Source: Haliotis cracherodii
Taxonomy: Eukaryota
NCBI RefSeq assembly: GCF_022045235.1
Contig: NW_027266286.1
Coordinates: forward strand, 744,001-808,000
DNA length: 64,000 bases
Direction of reading: 5' to 3'
The position numbers and the translations under genes were made by a program. The notes under the pieces are model-generated. The model was not told where the DNA came from. It worked only from the letters and a program-made list of their open reading frames with translations, and made no database searches. This document shows positions 12,957 to 25,955 of the stretch, in pieces. Each line of letters begins with the position of its first letter. Positions within the stretch are counted from its first letter, which is position 1.

Positions 12957-15900
12957 CATTGGTATGATGTGTGAGCCTTATTGTATATGTGAGTCCCATT
13001 GGTATGCTGTGTGAGTCCCATTGGTATGCTGTGTGAGTCTCATTGGTATGACGTGTGAGCTTCATTGTATGATGTGTGAGCCCCATTGAATGATGTGTGA
13101 GTCTCATTAGTATGATGTGTGAGCCTCATTGTATGATGTGGAGCCTCATTGTATGATGTGTGAGCCTCATTGTATGATGTGTGAGCCCCATCGGTATGAT
13201 GTGTGAGCCCCATTGTATGATGTGTGAGCCTCATTGTATATGTGAGTCCCATTGGTATGCTGTGTGAATCTCATTAGTATGATGTGTGAGCCTCATTGTA
13301 TGATGTGTGAGCCCCATCGGTATGCTGTGTGAGTCTTATTGGTATGATGTGTGAGCCCCATTGTATGATGTGTGAATCTCATTAGTATGATGTGTGAGCC
13401 TCATTGTGTATGTGAGTCCCATTGGTATGCTGTGTGAGTCTCATTGGTATGATGTGTGAGCCTCGTATGATGTGTGAGTCTCATTGTATGATGTGTGAGC
13501 CTCATTGTGTATGTGAGTCCCAGTGGTATGCTGTGTGAGTTTCATTGGTATGATGAGTGAGCCTCATTGTATGATGTGTGAGTCTCATTGGTATGCTGTG
13601 TTAGTCTCATTGGTATGATGTGTGAGCCTCATTGTATGATGTGTGAGTTTCATTGGTATGATGTGTGAGCCTCATTGTATGATGTGTAAGTCTCATTGTA
13701 TGCTGTGTGAGTCTCATTGGTATGATGTGTGAGCCCCATTGGTATGCTGTGTGAGTCTCATTGGTATGATGTGTGAGCCTCATTGTATGATGTGAGAGCC
13801 TCATTGTATGATGTGAGAGCCTCATTGTATGATGTGAGAGCCTCATTGTGTATGTGAGTCCCATTGGTATGCTGTGTGAGTCTCATTGGTATGATGTGTG
13901 AGCCCCATTGAATGATGTGAGAGCCTCATTGTATGATGTGAGAGCCTCATTGTATGATGTGTGAGCTTGATTGTATGATATGAGTGCCTCATTGTATGAT
14001 GTGTGAGCCCCATTGTATCATGTGAGAACCACATTGTATGATGTGAGAGCCTCATTGTATGATGTGTGAGCCCCATTGTATCATGTGTTAGCCCCATTGT
14101 ATGATGTTTAAGGTTGGACCGTCCGGGTCAGCACACCTAGCGGGTAAGTGAAGGGAAAATAAATTGAAAAAGATCGCCCATTGTGTGGAGCGATGCACAT
14201 AATGTCAATCACTGGATTGACTGGCTCAGATTTGATAACTTCCTCACCGCCATGATATAGCTCGAATATTGCTGAGTGCTTAGTTAAACAAACAAACAAA
14301 CATTGGTATGATGTGTGAGCCTTATTGTATATATGAGTCCCATTGGTATGCTGTGTGAGTCCCATTGGTATGCTGTGTGAGTCTCATTGGTATGACGTGT
14401 GAGCTTCATTGTATGATGTGTGAGCCCCATTGAATGATGTGTGAGTCTCATTAGTATGATGTGTGAGCCTCATTGTATGATGTGGAGCCTCATTGTATGA
14501 TGTGTGAGCCTCATTGGTATATGTGAGCCTCATTGTGCGATGTGTGAGCCTCATTATACTGTGTTGGAGCCTCATTAGTGTGATGTGAGAGCCTCATTGT
14601 ACGATGTGTAGGCCTCATTGTATGATGTGTAGGCCTCATTGTACAATGAGAGAGCCTCATTAGTGTGATGTGAGAGCCTCGTACGATGTGTAGGCCTCAT
14701 TGTACGATGTGAGAGCCTCATTGTACGATGTGAGAGCCTCATTGTACGATGTGTAGGCCTCATTGTACGATGTGTAGGCCTCATTGTACGATGTGAGAGC
14801 CTTATTGTGCGATGTGTGAGCCTCATTATACTGTGTTGGAGCCTCATTAGTGTGATGTGAGAGCCTCATTGTACGATGTGTAGGCCTCATTGTACGATGT
14901 GAGAGCCTCATTGTACGATGTGAGAGCCTCATTGTACGATGTGAGAGCCTCATTGTACGATGTGTAGGCCTCATTGTACGATGTGTAGGCCTCATTGTAC
15001 GATGTGAGAGCCTCATTGAATGATGTGTGAGTCTCATTATACTGTGTTGGAGCCTCATTAGTGTGATGTGAGAGCCTCATTAGTGTGATGTGAGAGCCTC
15101 ATTAGTGTGATGTGAGAGCCTCATTAGTGTGATGTGAGAGCCTCATTGTACGATGTGTAGGCCTCATTGTACGATGTGTAGGCCTCATTGTACGATGTGT
15201 AGGCCTCATTGTACGATGTGTAGGCCTCATTGTATGAAGTGAGAGCCTCATTGGTGTGATGTAAAAGCCTCATTGGTATGATGAGTGAGCCTTATTGTAT
15301 GATGTGTGAGCCTCATTGGTATATGTGAGCCTCATTGTGAGCCTCATATGTGAGCGGACATATCTTCTTTTACTCACTCACTCACTCACTCACTCAAGTT
15401 CATCATGTTAGTGGCTTGCCTCAAATTTGTCTCTGAATTAACTTACACCTATGCGTTTTAGGCCCACACATTGTGGATCATTGCCAAGCCAACACATTGT
15501 GGACCATTGCCCACCCGTCACATTGTGGATTATTGCCCAGCCCATACATTGTGGATCATTGCCCAGGCATTGAATGATGTCTGAGTCTCATTAGTATGAT
15601 GTGTGAGCCCCATTGTATGATGTGAGAGCCTCATTGTATGATGTGATCATTGCCCGCACACAATGTGGATCATTGCCCGTCATACATTGTGGATCATTGC
15701 CAAGCCCACTCATTGTGGATCATTGCCCGTCACACATTGTGGATCATTGCCAAGCCCACTCATTGTGGATCATTGACCGGCCCACACATTGTGGATCATT
15801 GCCCGTCACACAATGTGGATCATTGCCCAGCCCACACATTGTGGATCATTGCCTGTCACATATTGTGGATCATTGCCTGTCACATATTGTGGATCATTGC

Positions 15901-17482
15901 CCGGGCCGTCACATTGTGGATCATTGCCCGGCCCACACATTGTGGATTATTGCCCGGCCCACACATTGTGGATCATTGCCTGGGGCGTCACATTGTGGAT
16001 TATTGCCCCACCCACACATTGTGGATTATTGCCCGGCCTCATTGTACGATGTGTGAGTTCAATTGCCATGATGTGTGAGCCCCAATGTATGTGTGAGCCT
16101 CATTGTATGATGTGTGAGTTCAATTGCCATGATGTGTGAGCCCCAATCTATGTGTGAGCCTCATTGTATGATGTGTGAACCTCATTGTATGATGTGTGAG
16201 CCTCATTGGTATGACGTGTGAGCCCCATTGTATCATGTGTGAGCTCCATTGTATGATGTGTGAGTCCCATTGTATGACGTGTGAGCCTTATTGAATCATG
16301 TCTAAGCCTCATTGTATGATGTGTGAGCCTCATTGTATGATGTGTGAGCCCCATTGTATGATGTGTGAGCCCCATTGTATGATGTGTGAGCCCCATTGTA
16401 TGATGTGTGAGCCTCATTGTATAATGTGTGAGCCCCATTGTATGATGTGTGAGCCCTATTGTATGATGTGTGAGCCCCATTGTATGAAGTGTGAGCCCCA
16501 TTGTATGATATGTGAGCCCCATTGTATGATGTGTGAGCCCCATTGTATGATGTGTGAGTTCACTTGCCATGATGTGTGAGCCCCAATCTATGTGTGAGCC
16601 TCATTGTATGATGTGTGAGTTCAATTGCCATGATGTGTGAGCCCCAAAGTATGTGTGAGTCTCATTGTATGATGTGTGAGTTCAATTGCAATGATGTGTG
16701 AGCCCCAATCTATGTGTGAGCCTAATTGTATGATGTGTGAACCTCATTGTATGATGTGTGAGCCCCATTGTATGATGTGTGAGCCTCATTTTATAATGTG
16801 TGAGCCCCATTGCATGATGTGTGCGCCCGATTGTATGATGTGTGAGCCCCATTGTATGATGTGTGAACCCCATTGTATGATGTGTGAGCCCCATTGTATG
16901 ATGATGTGAGCCTCATTGTATGATGTGAGCCCAATTGTATGATGTGTGACCCTCATTGTATTATGTGTGAGCCTCATTGTGTGATGTGGGAGCCCCATTA
17001 TATGATGTGAGAGCCTCATTGTATGATGTGGAGCCTCATTGTATGATGTGGGAGCCCCATTATATGATGTGAGAGCCTCATTGTATGATATGTGAGCCTC
17101 ATTGTGTGATGTGGAGCCTCATTGTATGATGTGTGAGCCTCATTGGTATATGTGAGCCTCATTGTGTGATGTGTGAGCCTCATTATACTGTGTTGGAGCC
17201 TCATTAGTGTGATGTGAGAGCCTCATTGTACGATGTGTAGGCCTCATTGTACGATGTGTAGGCCTCATTATACGAAGTGTAGGCCCCATTGTATGAAGTG
17301 AGAGCCTCATTGGTGTGATGTAAAAGCCTCATTGGTATGATGAGTGAGCCTTATTGTATGATGTGTGAGCCTCATTGGTATATGTGGGCCCCATTGTATG
17401 ATTTGTGAGCCTCATTGTATGATGTGTGAGCCCCATTATATGATTTGGAGCCTCATTGTATGATATGTGAGCCTCATTGGTA
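12957..17482. repeat. Complex minisatellite, 19-22-bp unit, with internal segmental duplications
   Basis: cattgtatgatgtgtgagcct and variants, interrupted at 14108-14301 and 15353-16035. Confidence 0.96.
15465..16035. repeat. Minisatellite, 23-26-bp unit (short second copy at about 17620-17725)
   Basis: cacacattgtggatcattgcccggcc and variants. Confidence 0.92.
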
Positions 17483-18037
17483 TTGCTTTTACTGGACGGG
17501 TTCACTTCTCAGGCAGGCATCACGCGGACATATCTTCTTTTACTCACTCACTCACTCAAGTTCATGTTAGTAGCTTGCCTCAAATTTGTCTCTGAATTAA
17601 CTTACACCTATGCATTTTAAGCCCCACACATTGTGGATCATTGCCAAGCCAACACATTGTGGATCATTGCACACCCGTCACATTGTGGATTATTGCCCAG
17701 CCCATACATTGTGGATCATTGCCCAGGCATTGAATAATGAGCCTCATTGGCTAGTGAGGACATTGCTGCTGTGGACAAGTTGTCAGACATCAATGGTGCT
17801 GATCCCAACATTGATCCACTTCAACAGACGTTCTTCATCACAAACTTAACCAACACACAAATGGCATGTTTAATGTTTTATTTTGATCACAGGAAATGAC
17901 ACACGCAGGTATGCCCGTCTCAACATATGTACCAAGTATCCATTGTCACATTGTCACAACCTGAGTCTTGCCGGACCCAAAATATACATGCATATGTACA
18001 GAACACTAACACACAAACACATCACATGGTACACAGT

Positions 18038-18094
18038 CACAGACAGGGTTACTGACAGGGTTACTGACAGGGTTACAGACAGGGTCACAGACAG
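18038..18094. repeat. 12-bp tandem repeat, about 5 copies
   Basis: acwgacagggtt. Confidence 0.85.
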
Positions 18095-19724
18095 GCCATA
18101 CGGACACCAGCAGGGTAAACCGAAGTTAAAAATCTGGAGGATTCCAGTTGGAAAGAACTGCCCAACAATGGGGAAATGTTTTGGGGTAGAAAGTAGGTCA
18201 CGTCCACCTTCACACCGGCCCACCTCATTTGTCACCACTCGCCCCTTTCCGTAACCTGCAAGAAGACTCATCCCCCGAGCGATGAATGTTATGTGCAAAA
18301 ATACGGCAAATCAATCAGAATGTGTGTCTGACTTCAAGTACTTTGGTCAAAGAATCCCCAGGAATAATTTTTTATTTTACGTATGTCTTGTATTTAAAAA
18401 TATACCCAAGCTACAATCCTGCTGTATAATACTGTAAATTCTGATGTGTTTTCAATAGCATGTGGAATGTTTATAATATATGGGGGAAATATACGTGAAA
18501 CCATTACGCAACGAGTTGACAATTCTTTTAGCTATGCCTGTTTGCGCAGAACCCAGTTGCAAAAATGGCCATGAGTGGGTCACGAGTCGTTATTCGGCTT
18601 GTCCTGGAATAAGGCGACTTGGTCACGAATGCTGCCCACCTTGAAAGGAGTTATTCCTATTACTTACATACACACTATGTGATCAGTCTTTGAGAATGTG
18701 GTTATTGCACCATCCTCATCAAACATTGACTATTGTTGCTACTATAATGACGAGATCTTTTCAGAACCATCTTTAAGATGAAAAAGAAAGTGACTGAATG
18801 TTCCGTTCTTTCACTTTGAAATACCCCCACCGATCTGTTTAATGTCCTAAACAATAAGAAATATTAAATGTTTCCAGTCTTATGACTGTATGGAAATAGT
18901 CTGTTGAAATAACGGACTCCCAATATTGGCATGCACTGGCACAAGCCCAGGCGTATATACTGGAGGTGTATGTATTAACACTATCATTTGGTGGATACAT
19001 CTGGTTCACCATAAAGCACCTGTGTCAGAAGTGAACATTTGTTAATATAGTCACAAAATGCAGATTGTAGATATCTGTCACTGTATATGGATTGATGCTT
19101 TCATTCATTTAATTTAATAACACACCAGAGGTTTGCAGCCAATGTTCATCTTGGGTACCTCTTGATGGCTTTCTTTAACTGCTGGTGTCTGCAGAGGACA
19201 GACGGCTCTATCATGTAAACAGTGACAAGCAACACATGGAGTGTCGGGTAGAATTACCACCTGTACAGTGGATGGTGTGTGCCCTGCTGAGGTTTGATTC
19301 CAACATTGGCTCTGCCTTTCATTGTCCCACACCCTGCGATAACTGCATGACTAGTACAGGCGGAACTCTAGCTTCAGCATACATACAACACCCTTAAACA
19401 GTGATTTTGATTCAAAAGCTGTACATAGACCCAAGAAATGTAATAACAAATGTCAAAAGTTAAAAAGTCAAATCAACAAAAATGGTGGATGAACCATAAC
19501 AACAAATCAATGCAATACCGTTCGTGATCCAATGAATATATGGCATCTGACCCATAAAACATTGCGATAAGAAAAGCGCTTGACTAAGTCACTATAGCTC
19601 CTGACAGCGTTTCCCTATGATACAGAAAGTATGATGCAAAGACATTTCAATTACAAATTTGATGGTTGTGCATTGTTTTTTTAAACTTATATCCCTAATC
19701 CTTACTTTTTACTGTTTAATTATG

Positions 19725-19961
19725 GTTTGTTGTTTATCGCCGCACTAAGCAATATTCCAGCTATATGATGGTGGTCTGTAAATAATCGAGTCTGGACCAG
19801 ACAATACAGTGATTGACAACATGAGCATTGATCCACGCAATTGGGATCGATAACATGCATCAACCAAGTCGGAGAGCCTGACCACCCGATCCTGTTAGTT
19901 GCTGTTTTTACAGCAAGCATAGGTTGTTGAAGACCTATTCTACCCCGGATCTTCACGGGCT
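19725..19961 (-). mobile_element. SINE family A copy
   Basis: Reverse complement of family A. Perfect 12-bp TSD tgtttaattatg at 19713-19724 and 19962-19973. Confidence 0.88.
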
Positions 19962-20160
19962 TGTTTAATTATGTAATTATAAACATGTGATGCCATGCTT
20001 AGCCTTTCTATCGGTCAAAAGTCTCACTACTTCTACAAACCATCTGTTAAATTGGAATTTTATTGGTCTATGACCAGTGACCCGAATCTGAAACTCTGTT
20101 AAATGTTATGAGACGGTCCCCCCAGAGTCAGAGAAGGTCCTTGTCAGGTGCCCTGGTGAA

Positions 20161-20256
20161 CGGTATGCAGGCTGGTGCACGGTATGCAGGCTGATGCACG
20201 GTATGCAGGCTGGTGCACGGTATGCAGGCTGGTGCACGGTATGCAGGCTGGTGCAT
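20161..20256. repeat. 19-bp tandem repeat, 5 copies
   Basis: cggtatgcaggctggtgca. Confidence 0.92.
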
Positions 20257-20339
20257 GGCCAGGGGCACCCTAACTCATCAGCAGACATCAAGTACTTACA
20301 ACATCACTACCAGTGAGCAGAATATATATGGATATATAA

Positions 20340-20500
20340 ATGGATCAGGTTGCACTCGCTTGATTTCATGTCATCGCATCCGAATTGCAAGGAGTGATTG
20401 CTGGATTCACTGGATTGTCTGATGCAAACACGGTTATTTGCAGACTGCCATCATATTACCGATATACTGCAGGGTGCAGCATTAAACAACAAATGAACCA
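20340..20500 (+). mobile_element. Old degenerate SINE family A fragment
   Basis: tcactggattgtctgatgcaaacacggttatttgcagactgccatcatat...gtgcagcattaaacaacaaa. Confidence 0.6.
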
Positions 20501-20671
20501 AGAGAATATCACTACTGCTGGAAACTACTGTGTGTGCACGACGACCAAGACCTCATGTCATAAACACTAAACATCATCTTTCATGAAAACAAAGGCGTGA
20601 AACTACAAGGGGTTTTATCTGTTTTTGTATAAACTTGTACAGTTCATGAATCTTAAATGACTTTCTAGAGT

Positions 20672-20833
20672 AAGTGTGTGAGTATGGTTTTACGCCGCAT
20701 ATAGCAATATTCCAGTTATATCATGGCAGGGGACACCAGAAATGGGCTCCACACTTTGTACCCATGTTGGGAATCGAACCCTGGTCTTTGGCATGACGAG
20801 CATACGCTCTAACCACTCGGCTACCTGACTGCC
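20672..20833 (-). mobile_element. SINE family B copy
   Basis: Reverse complement of the 5414 element (tgagtatggttttacgccgc...gggaatcgaaccc...taaccactcggctacc). Confidence 0.85.
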
Positions 20834-21554
20834 CAAACTTTCTAGAAATATGGTGAGGCTTTGTATGTTCAAGTTTGTGTAGGTCTCGGTGATAAATTAA
20901 TGAAAGGGTCAGGCCTCGATTAAATGTCGCTTAGTTTTTATGCATGGAAATCTCCCCATTGTTGTCCTTGTGATTAAGAAACAGGGGTGAAGAGTGAAAG
21001 ACCTATTTGGCCAGGCGTTACACAGTATTCTATTTGTGAGCGCTATGTCAATACAGTAGGAGCAGCCTGGTAGTAGTGGTACCCAATACTATATATATTA
21101 TTTGAAAATCATTCCAAATTAAGTCCTCCATGAACGTATGTGAAGTTCAAGTATTGACACTATACAGTGAAGTCTGCCTGTTTATTACTTAAAAGGCCCT
21201 GCCACAAGGGTGGATCATCACTGCTGCAATCTTCCCACACTATACATTTGATCTGGTCCTGCTATCCCGCTGCTGGTCATGCAGTAGAACATTGTTTGGT
21301 TTTGTTGCTTTATTGAGTAGTTAATAAAAACCATACTCCATTATCAAGTATGTGATATGAGGAAGCACTGGTTGTAACTGATAGGGAACAGCTGTAAACA
21401 TACACTGTGGGTGCTGACTTTGCTATCGCCAGCCGATGTGTGTGATGTCAGATATCCCTAGGGTTCATGAAATAGATATATATATAGATTTAATTATTGA
21501 CCTTTGGACTCAATTACAATTTGTAATTTATTGAAGTGATCATTATTACCTTGA

Positions 21555-21835
21555 GGCTGGGGTTGAGGTGAGGGTGGGGGTCGAGGTGCCCTCAGGGTGG
21601 GGTCGAGGTGCCCTTGGGGTGGGGTTGAGGAGAGGGTTGGGTGGGGTCGAGGAGAGGGTGGGCATGGGGTCAGAGTGAGGGTGGGGTTGAGGTGGGGGTA
21701 GAGGTGAGGGTGGGAATGGGGTCGAGGTAAAGGTAGGGTGGGGTCGATGTGAGGTTGGGGAAGAGGTAAGGGTGGGCATGGGGTCGAGATGAGGGTGGGG
21801 GTCAGGTGGACGTGGGGTCGAGGTGAGGTAAGGTA
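21555..21835 (+). repeat. G-rich degenerate repeat of about 17-18 bp
   Basis: ggggtcgaggtgagggt variants with many G3-G5 tracts. Confidence 0.85.
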
Positions 21836-21839
21836 GAAC

Positions 21840-22089
21840 CTGGAGATGGTAGTCACGGGACAAGTCGGAGGTATGCCAGAACCTATGATCCCAGGTTTGA
21901 ATCCAAGATTCACCCTTGTGGTATTTTTAGGTTTGTCAGCACCATTTCCATGCTCATAGTAAATGTCTCAGACCTCCATCTCTACAGACATTCCTCCCAC
22001 ACTATGCTGACCTGCCATTATATAACTAAAATACTGTTCCAAATGGCATACAGCCAACACTCACTCACTCACTCACTCACTCACTCACT
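21840..22089 (+). mobile_element. SINE family C (older tRNA-derived SINE)
   Basis: B-box-like ggtttgaatcc, body tttttaggtttgtcagcacc, tail ending in (ACTC)n. Related fragments at about 35470-35560 (+), 53835-53925 (+) and 57552-57600 (-). Confidence 0.6.
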
Positions 22090-22479
22090 TGATTAAGCTC
22101 AGTTTGTTGCAGAGTCTGGTTTCTTCAAATTTCTTCAGTATTGTGGTCACTGGTCATTGTCGTATTTCAGCAGATACTAGTACCTGGATAAGTGGGGTAT
22201 ATATGTATAATATTTTAATAAATAACAAACCATGTCAAATAAATATGTTTCGCTGAATATAACAAATAATACATCATCTGCTGACTTGTATTTGTGAATT
22301 GATTTTCATATTTGTTACCCTATATTCAAGGTACATCTGTTCCTCCAGACAATATTTCCTTGATTGGTTTGATGTGACACTGCTGGGGTGTACTGCTATC
22401 TGATGTAACCTTGGCGCTGTGAGCCCAGACACCAGTAGGTATGACCAATAACATGATGTTATTACATATATACTCACCA

Positions 22480-22797
22480 CCAAAACAAACGTGAAGACCA
22501 TACATGTTGGTTAATATATGAAGACTTATTAATATTCACAAGATATTCTATTGGTTCATTGCACAAATGAACATACTAGGACGCTCATGAACGCATCACA
22601 TGTGACGTCACAGATCCATGACGCAAGAGGCACCCTTTGTCTCGTGCAGGGTTAGCATGTACAGTTCAGAAATCATGCATAGCATATCGTGATTAGAATA
22701 AAGACATTCTGTGGTAATACTTGACTGATTGTTAGAAACATCTCGTTAATGTACATACTTCTCTATATGTTTCTGCGGTTCGCATTTCTTTTGGCGG
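22480..22797 (-). repeat. Dispersed repeat, copy 1 (inverted relative to 27805-28170)
   Basis: Reverse complement aligns with indels over about 320 bp: cgccaaaagaaatgcga...tatagagaagtatgtac...aatcagtcaagt...tgacgtcacatgtga...ttaaccaacatgta. Confidence 0.8.
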
Positions 22798-22939
22798 GGA
22801 GTATATACACTCCACATTGATATGCACATATGTAGATATATTCAACCTATGCCCACACAACCGTGTCCATGGCGACCAGAGAGAGGCATCAAGAGGATGG
22901 TAGGATATGGAATCCCAAATGAAGTATAATTTACAGCAG

Positions 22940-24520
22940 TTTCTCATGGTCATTGTATCTATCGTCATCTTAAGGTTGCAACATCAAACAGAAGAATACT
23001 TGTTTGTGTTGTTTCAACATCAAAGGAGCCCATCTAGACATATAACTAAAACATACTTAAACATCCGACCTTGAAACCCTCAGGCTCTATCTAGCTACAT
23101 GGAACATGCACCAGTAAACCCATTATTGAAAAATGCAACACTTTGAACACTCAGTACCTCCAAGCTGCATGCACCACACTTGCACTTTGTCACACTTTCT
23201 TGGGTTTGTGTCGTCCTCCAACTTTGGGGGTGTTATTAATTTCTGTGACACTGACAACAGAGTTTGATAAATTTATGAGACCAGGGTGCAACCTGGTGCA
23301 ACTAGGTTTTCATTGAAAGACCCAGATTGAAGTCGACCCAGAAACCAAAAGATAATTATTTCTTTCAATTCAAATTCATACCACATTGCAGGACCTGATC
23401 CATTTCCTAATGACACTAGTATAATATACATGGTGACGTACTACTTAGGCACGGGGTGAGTCCCCAATCCCCCCACCCCGATGCCACTCCACTTCGGGAT
23501 CCTCTGGAGGGCTCAGTACAGACACTGCAGCAAATCGGTGCAGATCTTACCATACATATTAAATTTACTTTGAACTTTCTTAACCAAGAAGTTATTTGAT
23601 TTCTTTTCTTTCAATTTGATAGAAAAATTGGGTTAAGACAGATTCTTTGGAGAAACATGTTTTATATGCAAAAACGTGAAATGATCATTCTTAAACCAAT
23701 ACGTTAAGAATAGAATGATGTTTTCTGTAGCATTGATAAAGATATTTCCTTGAATGTTACATTAAAGAAACATTAGATGGAAGTCTTTTAGATACAAGAT
23801 TTTCAAAATCATGTTTCTTTCATAAAAAGTATCAAATATTGAAGTCACTCAGGTGCTTAAGGGCCAAAGATTGCTACACTAACAGGACTCGTGAAGCTCG
23901 TTAGCAGTCTTGATTTCAGTCATACCGTATGCCTGGATGTTTTAATGTCCAGTTCTGGAAGATAAATGAAATTTTAATGACACATGGAAGATATTCAATC
24001 CTAATATCAATAAGATTTGTTTGAAGAATTCTCTCATTTATTTTATTTTAAAAATCAGGTGTTCTGGATTATTCCACTTGAGAACTTCAAGAAATGAGCA
24101 ACCCATTTAGTAACAATTAACAGCAACAACTCTGACAGTCTTCAAGTTCGGAATTATAAAATGATGTTTTTGTCTGCAAACATCTGTAATTGCTTTGTCA
24201 AGAAAAAATTGCTTTTGTGCAAGAAACAAAGTGATGTTTGCCTGGAGAGAGACAGTTGCTTTCGGGGATAGACACAGTCGGGGACGGAGCTGCTCCAAGC
24301 TCGTGCTACTTACGATTCCTGTTAAATCAAATTCAGTTCTGTGATAATGGATTTGAGAAATTTGCTTCTTTCTTTAATTTCCTCGTTTATTTCAACAAGT
24401 GTAGTTTCTCATGCATCATTGTTCCAAGATTTGACATCAGCAGCTGGGAGACTTTGGAACTATTGATAGTTATTCTGATTGCCTATGTTCAAATTTACAT
24501 GATTTTTGTACAAAATGTTT
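22940..24520 (-). pseudogene. Probable highly decayed LINE (CR1/L2-like) with apurinic endonuclease remnants
   Basis: Correctly ordered but frameshifted minus-strand motifs: CNIQG (~23750), IILFLTYW (~23700), CLY/SPPED (~23505), NYLLVSG/DFN (~23335), RYNDH (~22950). Many stops. Confidence 0.4.
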
Positions 24521-25019
24521 GTAGATTATAAATACTGTCTAACATCCAAACTGCCAGTCCTATGTCAATGTTTACTTACTGATTTGTGATAGTCATAGCA
24601 CTGTAAACACTTTAGGGCCGAGATAGGACTTATGAAATCCTTGAATTATTGTTATATTCTCTGTATTGTTTGGGCCATGGGACAAAATATTACTGTTATT
24701 ATAATACTGTTACATCTGTAATCTTCTTTTTTATCCATCACCAATTTTGACATTAATACTTAAAGTTTCATGTTTTGCAAATAAATAGTCAAGTTCCCAC
24801 TTTGGCTTCTGTCCCGTGAATCAAGAACTACAACGTGGGAGACAGATTCTTTGGCTTGCTTTCTCAAAAGCCGTTTTTAGTTCATTTCATTTGTTCTTTT
24901 GAAAGGACAATTTTGTAATTTTGATACATTTAATTATTTGTTGTGATAATGAATCTGTATAGCAAATACTTCACGAGAGAGGCTTTATATATAAGTTCCA
25001 GTAATACATTTCTTGTGTT

Positions 25020-25955
25020 ACTCATTGTACTCGGATCACTGCACTGAGGACATTCTACTCGGAACACTGCACTCGGAACACTGTACTCGGAACATTGCAT
25101 TCGGAACATTGTACTCGGAAAATTGCATTCGGAACATTGCATTCGGAACATTGTACTCGGAACATTGCATTCGGAACATTGTACTCGGAACACTGTACTC
25201 GGAACATTGCATTCGGAACATTGTACTCGGAACACTGTACTCGGAACATTGCATTCGGAACATTGTACTCGGAACATTGCATTCAGAACACTGTACTCAG
25301 AACATTGCGCTCGGAACACTGTACTCGGAACATTGCATTCGGAACATTGTACTCGGAAAATTGCATTCGGAACATTGCATTCGGAACATTGTACTCGGAA
25401 CATTGCATTCGGAACATTGTACTCGGAACACTGTACTCGGAACATTGCATTCGGAACATTGTACTCGGAACATTGCATTCGGAACATTGTACTCGGAACA
25501 CTGCACTCGGAACATTGTACTCGGAACATTGCATTCGGAACACTGTACTTGGAACATTGTACTCGGAACACTGTACTCGGAACACTGTACTTGGAACACT
25601 GCACTCGGAACATTGTACTCGGAACACTGCACCCGGAACACTGTACTCGGAACACTGTACTTGGAACACTGTACTCGGAACATTGTACTCGGAACATCGT
25701 ACTCGGAACATTGTACTCGGAACACTGTACTCGGAACATCGTATTCGGAACATTGTACTCGGAACACTGTACTTGGAACACTGTACTCGGAACACTGTAC
25801 TCGGAACATTGTACTCGGAACATTGTACTCGGAACATCGTACTCGGAACACTGCACTCGGAACACTGTACTCAGAACACTGTACTCGGAACATTGCACTC
25901 GGGACATTGTACTCGGAACATTGTACTCGGAACATTTTACTCGGAACATTATACT
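25020..25955. repeat. Minisatellite, 14-bp unit, about 66 copies
   Basis: cattgtactcggaa / cattgcattcggaa / cactgtactcggaa. Confidence 0.97.

Noticed and set aside
17954-18298. 114-aa minus ORF with an internal acceptor-like tcttcttgcag
   Set aside because: No recognisable domain, it runs into a 12-bp repeat, and I could not link any upstream exon.
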